From Ylistrum balloti (Eukaryota), in assembly GCF_031769215.1 (NCBI RefSeq), contig NW_026782240.1:496001-560000 (forward strand): 64,000 nucleotides of DNA, in the 5' to 3' direction. Below, one piece after another: positions 63,837 through 64,000 of the stretch (positions are counted from its first letter, which is position 1; every line of letters begins with the position of its first letter). The position numbers and the translations under genes were made by a program. The notes below the pieces were generated by a model. It was given only the letters and a program-made list of their open reading frames with translations, was not told the DNA's origin and did no database searches.

Positions 63837-64000
63837 CTAAATTATAATGATACAAAATGGAAAATGCTGGAATTAATCGGAGGTAACAGAACATAACTTT
63901 GTTACAATTCATCAACTTGTAATGACAAAAATGGTAAATTATAAAGAACTCAATTGATCTTTTTTCTATCCAGCTTTTAACATTAATCAGGCAATTAATT

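Noticed and set aside
1-64000. rRNA, tRNA or prokaryotic/viral operons
   Set aside because: None recognisable; all genuine coding sequence is spliced or TE-derived.

Overview
Eukaryotic, AT-rich, intron-rich DNA, most likely a bivalve mollusc (inferred from the TRIM-like family and repeat landscape; possibly a scallop). I reconstructed exons by hand from GT-AG boundaries and phase continuity. Genes: SLC38A9 (minus, 14 exons, last exon off-window), an intronless B-box/coiled-coil/NHL-like TRIM pseudogene (minus), a complete UHRF1 (minus, 17 exons, 838 aa), a complete DHCR24 (plus, 8 exons, 524 aa) head-to-head with UHRF1 across 293 bp, and the last two coding exons of an MFSD1-like gene (minus). 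Between them lie decayed Tc1, CR1-like, Penelope-like and DDE/SWIM-type elements, HINE-like repeats, a hAT-like MITE and about ten unrelated minisatellites. Most notable: two independent minisatellites whose unit is an exon 3' end plus its 5' splice donor (about 18 donor copies in SLC38A9, 11 in UHRF1); a bidirectional promoter containing E2F sites, an SRE-like site and a perfect DR4 element; and a 30-bp array probably inside the UHRF1 3' UTR. All family calls come from recalled motifs, not database searches.
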